64,000 nt of DNA from a virus. The notes below the pieces were generated by a model. That model searched no databases. It had not been told where the DNA came from and was given only the letters and a program-made list of their open reading frames with translations. The stretch is from IMG/VR virus record IMGVR_UViG_3300006754_000009, positions 1-64,000 of that record. One strand, given 5' to 3'. The position numbers and the translations under genes were made by a program. Positions 59,665 to 64,000 of this stretch are shown piece by piece. Each line of letters starts with the position of its first letter. Position 1 is the first letter of the stretch.

Positions 59665-62094
59665 ATGAGTTATATAATTAAAAACAACACACAAGGAGCA
59701 ATTGTTGCCAGACTAACTGATGCTGGTAGAAAAAAATTATCAGAAGGTAAATTAAATATAGGACTATTTCAATTAGGAGATAGTGAAATGTGTTATAATT
59801 GTTATAATACAAGTCTTCCTGCACAATATACCGGATTAAATATTTTACAAGCTGAACACAACGCCCAAAATCTATTACCTTTACCGGAAAAGAATAAGGG
59901 TCATGTAAAATACCCTATAAGTGGAGGTATCACTAGCGGTGATACTTTTGGACCTACAATTCCACAACATCTCTATGAAGAAGTATATAACACTGCAACA
60001 GCAAGAGGTTTCTTTACAGTACCCGAAACTAACACACCTGGGGTATACACCTACTTCTCAGCTCAAACAAACGCAGCCTATACACTATCTTCAAATTGGT
60101 TGTTCTGCGCATCCGCGATGACGGGTACAAGTAGTATGCAAATTACTAGTGCGGACTGTAGCACACAAAGCTATACACCAATAAATGGAGACTTAATTTC
60201 CGTTACCTATGAATTTTCGGGTAATGCGTGTTCACAGTTAAATTATAGTGCAGCATCACAAACTTTATTCTATCAAGTCCAAGCAGGAAATACCAACTCA
60301 GCACAAACAGCAATCGAATTAAATATTACGGTAGACAGGGATTTGCCGGATTATACTCTAGAACAATATTCGGGTATTACTGGTAGTTGTGCACATGTAA
60401 GAGTGTACCCTCCTTTTTCTGCAAACCCAATGACTACCGCGAGTATATATAGTACCGCAGCTACAGCTACCTATTGGTGTAATGACACATTATCCTTTAA
60501 TAATTGTGCAAGCTTGAATACTACCGACACTAAAATATGGAATATGAATATAAATTGGACCCATACTTTAGCTGGTGTAGATACATCTGCCTATGAAGGA
60601 GATACATATTATGGTTCTAGTGGATATTGTGGCTCGAGAGAGTATTTTGGATTACAAAGTAATAATGGGCAATCATTTACTGACCAGTTTATTGATTTTT
60701 ACCACCAAAATATTATTGGAGGTACCTATTATTATGATTCTTTTGATAATATAAGAGTTGTATTACCATCGGAACAGAAAGCCGCTGGTTTCCTACATTA
60801 CACAAATAACACAACTACCGATTTTTATGGGGAAAAATTTGCTTTAAAACAAGCAGGTTTTTGTGGTAATCAAACTTGTGTAGGAGAAGCTAGAAACTTT
60901 AAATTACATTTACCTTGGTTAATGTGGCATAAGAAAAATGCAATTGGTTCAGGTACAGGAAGTGGTGTTGGAAATGAAACTATATTAGGTCAAACTTTTT
61001 ATGTGGACCCACCTGGTTATCCCGGAGCGTTCCCAGCAGACGGAAATCCACACCTAATGTTATCCACACCAAACACTAATATGAATGACCAAGGACTAAG
61101 GTATTATCATTTATGGGATGACAACGCGGGTAGTGGAGCTACACCTAATAGAGTAGGTAAAGTATTTCCCGATTATAAAATGATGGTTATAGATGATGAA
61201 GAATTATTAACCGCAATGTCATATAAATCTAATAGAAGTTTTACCTTACCAGCCCCTAAAACAGAAAAGGTATTAGCCGGTACCTCATGTACATCAGGGT
61301 CTTGTGGTAATGGTGTCGTACAAGCATACACCGACTCAATTTACCTAACTTATATGTTTTATAATAGTGCAGGTACACCAACAGGACTACATTGTAATTA
61401 CTATTCTTACGAAACCCTAGCATTAGGAGAAGAATTATTTGATTTAGCGGTCACATTTGGAAGTGAATTTCCTTATTTAAGGGATTTAGGAAATCTTAAT
61501 GGTGGAGGTAATTCCTTAAGTGGTACTGGATTTGAAGCAGACCGATTATATTTGTTAAGTCAAATAGTTAGTAGTGGAGCGGAACCAGACCCAGCATTAT
61601 GGAAATATAAAGATGTTACAGCTCAAATTCCTAACCATACAGTAGGAAATAAGATACTGGCCACCAATCTGATAGGACATACGTTTTATCTAACCGATTG
61701 TGATACAGACGCAAGTTGTATACAATGCTATACCGCTATGACAGCATATGAGTTACAGAATTATATAACCATACCAACTACATCACAACCAGAAGACTTA
61801 CAATTTGGTGACGAGTATTTCTTTTATGGGACTCTTGAGACGGATATAATGGCAACTATCTATGAAATGAGACATGTAGTACAATTAGGACAAACACAAT
61901 ACTTAACATCAACCAACCCAACCTGGTTAGATTATATGGCGGTACCCACTAATTCAGCGGTTACACCAAAGATTACTGAAATCGGTTTATTTGATAACGA
62001 AAACGGGTTCCCAGATTTAATGGCTATTGCTAAATTGCAGTCACCAGTAGACAGAACGGGGACCCAGCAATTTACAATATCTATTGATTTTTAA
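59665..62094 (+). CDS. Tail-collar / fibre attachment protein (DUF3751-like ends around a large insert)
   Basis: N-terminal RLTDAGRKKLSEG...FQLGDSE and C-terminal ITEIGLFD...LMAIAKLQSPV. Confidence 0.6.
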   Translation: MSYIIKNNTQGAIVARLTDAGRKKLSEGKLNIGLFQLGDSEMCYNCYNTSLPAQYTGLNILQAEHNAQNLLPLPEKNKGHVKYPISGGITSGDTFGPTIPQHLYEEVYNTATARGFFTVPETNTPGVYTYFSAQTNAAYTLSSNWLFCASAMTGTSSMQITSADCSTQSYTPINGDLISVTYEFSGNACSQLNYSAASQTLFYQVQAGNTNSAQTAIELNITVDRDLPDYTLEQYSGITGSCAHVRVYPPFSANPMTTASIYSTAATATYWCNDTLSFNNCASLNTTDTKIWNMNINWTHTLAGVDTSAYEGDTYYGSSGYCGSREYFGLQSNNGQSFTDQFIDFYHQNIIGGTYYYDSFDNIRVVLPSEQKAAGFLHYTNNTTTDFYGEKFALKQAGFCGNQTCVGEARNFKLHLPWLMWHKKNAIGSGTGSGVGNETILGQTFYVDPPGYPGAFPADGNPHLMLSTPNTNMNDQGLRYYHLWDDNAGSGATPNRVGKVFPDYKMMVIDDEELLTAMSYKSNRSFTLPAPKTEKVLAGTSCTSGSCGNGVVQAYTDSIYLTYMFYNSAGTPTGLHCNYYSYETLALGEELFDLAVTFGSEFPYLRDLGNLNGGGNSLSGTGFEADRLYLLSQIVSSGAEPDPALWKYKDVTAQIPNHTVGNKILATNLIGHTFYLTDCDTDASCIQCYTAMTAYELQNYITIPTTSQPEDLQFGDEYFFYGTLETDIMATIYEMRHVVQLGQTQYLTSTNPTWLDYMAVPTNSAVTPKITEIGLFDNENGFPDLMAIAKLQSPVDRTGTQQFTISIDF

Positions 62095-62873
62095 TGGCCT
62101 ATTTAAATATACATAATAATTCTGTATCGGGAAACACATTTAGATTGTACCTATCTGATTATGGGAAATTACAATTAGCTGGTAATGGTAGTTTTTATTC
62201 TATGATAGAGAAATTTGGATTAGGTGATAAAGACATGGATTATCGTAGATTTGCATCAGGAAACACGTGTCAAAGTGAAGGTGGGTTAAGTGCTTTAAGT
62301 AGTTCGTGTTTCTATGATTTACCCGACTCACGAGGAGGGGAATTAACAACTATATCTGGTGGTTATACAACATACGCAAGTGTAATGGTAGGACCTAAGT
62401 ATAGTATAGAAAGTAACGTAATAAAATTAAGTAATACGTCAGTTGGGGTAAACCCACAACCATCAACCATATGGTTAAAATATAACGAACCTATTAAATC
62501 TACAGAATTAGAAGAACCAGATAGTGGCATGTTTAGTAGTTGTTGGACATTAGGAAAATCGGTTACTACTTTTTTTCCGTCATATTGTTGGGCATGTTCG
62601 GATTTTAATGGGGATGGCAAAATTGATATTGATGATTTAAAAATATTTTTAAATTTAATGGAGGGTGAAGAAAATGGAACCCGTGAACTAATAGGAGATT
62701 ACAATGGTGATGGTAAAGTAGATATGACCGATTTTAATATATTTTTAAACTGTATGACATATGATGGAAGTAATATCTTAGATTTTTGTAAAGACAAAGA
62801 AGTTTTTTGTTTACTTTGTGAACATCTAGGTGAAGCTTCACCATGTAACGGAGATTGTTTGGAATGTATTTAA
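62094..62873 (+). CDS. Structural protein with a dockerin-like double EF-hand and Cys-rich tail
   Basis: DFNGDGKIDIDDL and GDYNGDGKVDMTDF; TAATG overlap with the previous gene. Confidence 0.75.
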   Translation: MAYLNIHNNSVSGNTFRLYLSDYGKLQLAGNGSFYSMIEKFGLGDKDMDYRRFASGNTCQSEGGLSALSSSCFYDLPDSRGGELTTISGGYTTYASVMVGPKYSIESNVIKLSNTSVGVNPQPSTIWLKYNEPIKSTELEEPDSGMFSSCWTLGKSVTTFFPSYCWACSDFNGDGKIDIDDLKIFLNLMEGEENGTRELIGDYNGDGKVDMTDFNIFLNCMTYDGSNILDFCKDKEVFCLLCEHLGEASPCNGDCLECI

Positions 62874-62924
62874 TGATAAAATAAATTGGATAACTAGATA
62901 ATTATATAATAAGAGAATAATAAT

Positions 62925-64000
62925 ATGGGATATATAGATAGTGCAAGCACAACCACAATTAAAATACAATTAACAGAAGACGCTAGAAGTCGAATGTTAA
63001 CTGCTAGTAATTTTATGGGTTTATTTGATAAATTTGGGATTTCAGATAGTGATATTGATTACAGAAACACCCAAAACCATGCGGATACCACGAATACTAG
63101 TAATAATTCTGCACAATTAGGGTTCTTACCAGACGTTACTGGGAATGACACTACATTTAGAAACGCGGTAAGTAGTGGATACAAACAAAAAGATATGGTA
63201 CATACCACACCACAAAGTAGTAATGTATTATCGAGTCCTAAGAAATACGTAGCGTTAGGGTTTTTAAATAACAACAATCAAGTAGAGTATTATAGAGATA
63301 CGGTAGAGATAGATGTGTATTTACACGACTATTTTGTTTTATGTAAATTATTAACTTCTAGATATATAGACGACCACAAAAACGTATTATCCACAAACTC
63401 GTCTGGAATAACCGCCTTATTTACCACCTATTTTAAAGATACACTAGATGTTGAAAATACGACAGACTACTTAAAATTATTAAATACATTATCAGAATAC
63501 GGAATAACCCAATATATGAATTTCTGGGAATCTATTAAGGTGTATGACGGAACAACCTTAAGAACTAGTACCGTAAAATTAGTAGCGGATAAAGATTACT
63601 CCTATTACAATGCGTTAGCATTAGCAGGAGGAGCATATATGGGGAGAGGTGAACACACAGGTATAGATTTTGCGGGAACCAATCTAAAAGGGGTAAAACT
63701 CGCTTCACCATTCTCTATGGTGTTTTCCCCTGGTCTAAATGATAATTCTTCACGCTTTCTTAAAGGGTGTGGTGGAGCTGGAATTGGATTTGGAGCGTAT
63801 GATATTGGGTATTTAAATGCTGGAGGATTAAGTGCTTGGGATAGTAACACTAACCCTTATCCTATGTTCACGATGAATAGCACATTAAACGGGTGGGCAA
63901 CACAAGACTATAATATTAAATCAGTATTTATTGGGTTCGTCACTACAATTGACATGGAAAGTAGTGTTCCGTTAAGTAAAGATGGTTTTGGTAATGAAGG
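62925..64000 (+). CDS. Structural protein, 3'-truncated by the window edge, absent from the ORF track
   Basis: ATG 62925, MGYIDSASTTTIKIQLTEDARSRML...FDKFGISDSDIDY, open to the end of the window; TAATTATA variant motif at 62899-62906. Confidence 0.8.
   Translation, partial: MGYIDSASTTTIKIQLTEDARSRMLTASNFMGLFDKFGISDSDIDYRNTQNHADTTNTSNNSAQLGFLPDVTGNDTTFRNAVSSGYKQKDMVHTTPQSSNVLSSPKKYVALGFLNNNNQVEYYRDTVEIDVYLHDYFVLCKLLTSRYIDDHKNVLSTNSSGITALFTTYFKDTLDVENTTDYLKLLNTLSEYGITQYMNFWESIKVYDGTTLRTSTVKLVADKDYSYYNALALAGGAYMGRGEHTGIDFAGTNLKGVKLASPFSMVFSPGLNDNSSRFLKGCGGAGIGFGAYDIGYLNAGGLSAWDSNTNPYPMFTMNSTLNGWATQDYNIKSVFIGFVTTIDMESSVPLSKDGFGNE

Noticed and set aside
39752-62873. Diversity-generating retroelement acting on the adhesin genes
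   Set aside because: No reverse transcriptase and no near-identical TR/VR pair differing at adenines was noticed; repeats are diverged at all positions.
597-63850. Numerous 60-170 aa ORFs antisense to or nested in long genes (e.g. 10069-10581, 13517-13975, 17486-17890, 55458-55886)
   Set aside because: They lie wholly within well-supported genes, lack recognisable motifs, and look like shadows of codon bias.
1-64000. Alternative genetic code (stop codon reassignment)
   Set aside because: Code 11 gives near-complete coding density with genes up to 7.9 kb, and TAG ends genes at expected C-termini such as the sheath.

Overview
This AT-rich, densely coding window comes from a large myovirus-type (jumbo-like) tailed phage, almost entirely on the + strand. 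It holds a contractile tail module (terminator-like protein, 1154-aa sheath, tube, assembly chaperones, tape measure, tube initiator, gp53-like wedge, hub with M23 peptidase). A replication/recombination block follows (gp32-like SSB, RecA/UvsX, FKBP PPIase, 5'-3' exonuclease, DnaB-like helicase, class II RNR). After it come gp25/gp6-like baseplate genes and about 30 kb of very large putative virion-appendage genes, including a 2636-aa Cys-rich repeat protein and a dockerin-like EF-hand protein. A Bacteroidota host is inferred from a TTTG-N20-TAnnTTTG promoter, signal-peptide style, SprB-like repeats and A-rich leaders without Shine-Dalgarno sites. Most notable: a TATTTAT motif before most + strand transcription units, a probable +1 frameshift at TTT_TTT_CGT upstream of the tape measure gene, virion-wide Cys and [ST]-G-x-T enrichment, apparent GATC avoidance, and an unannotated RHH regulator beside a tandem repeat. 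All family assignments come from motif recognition by eye; no searches were run.
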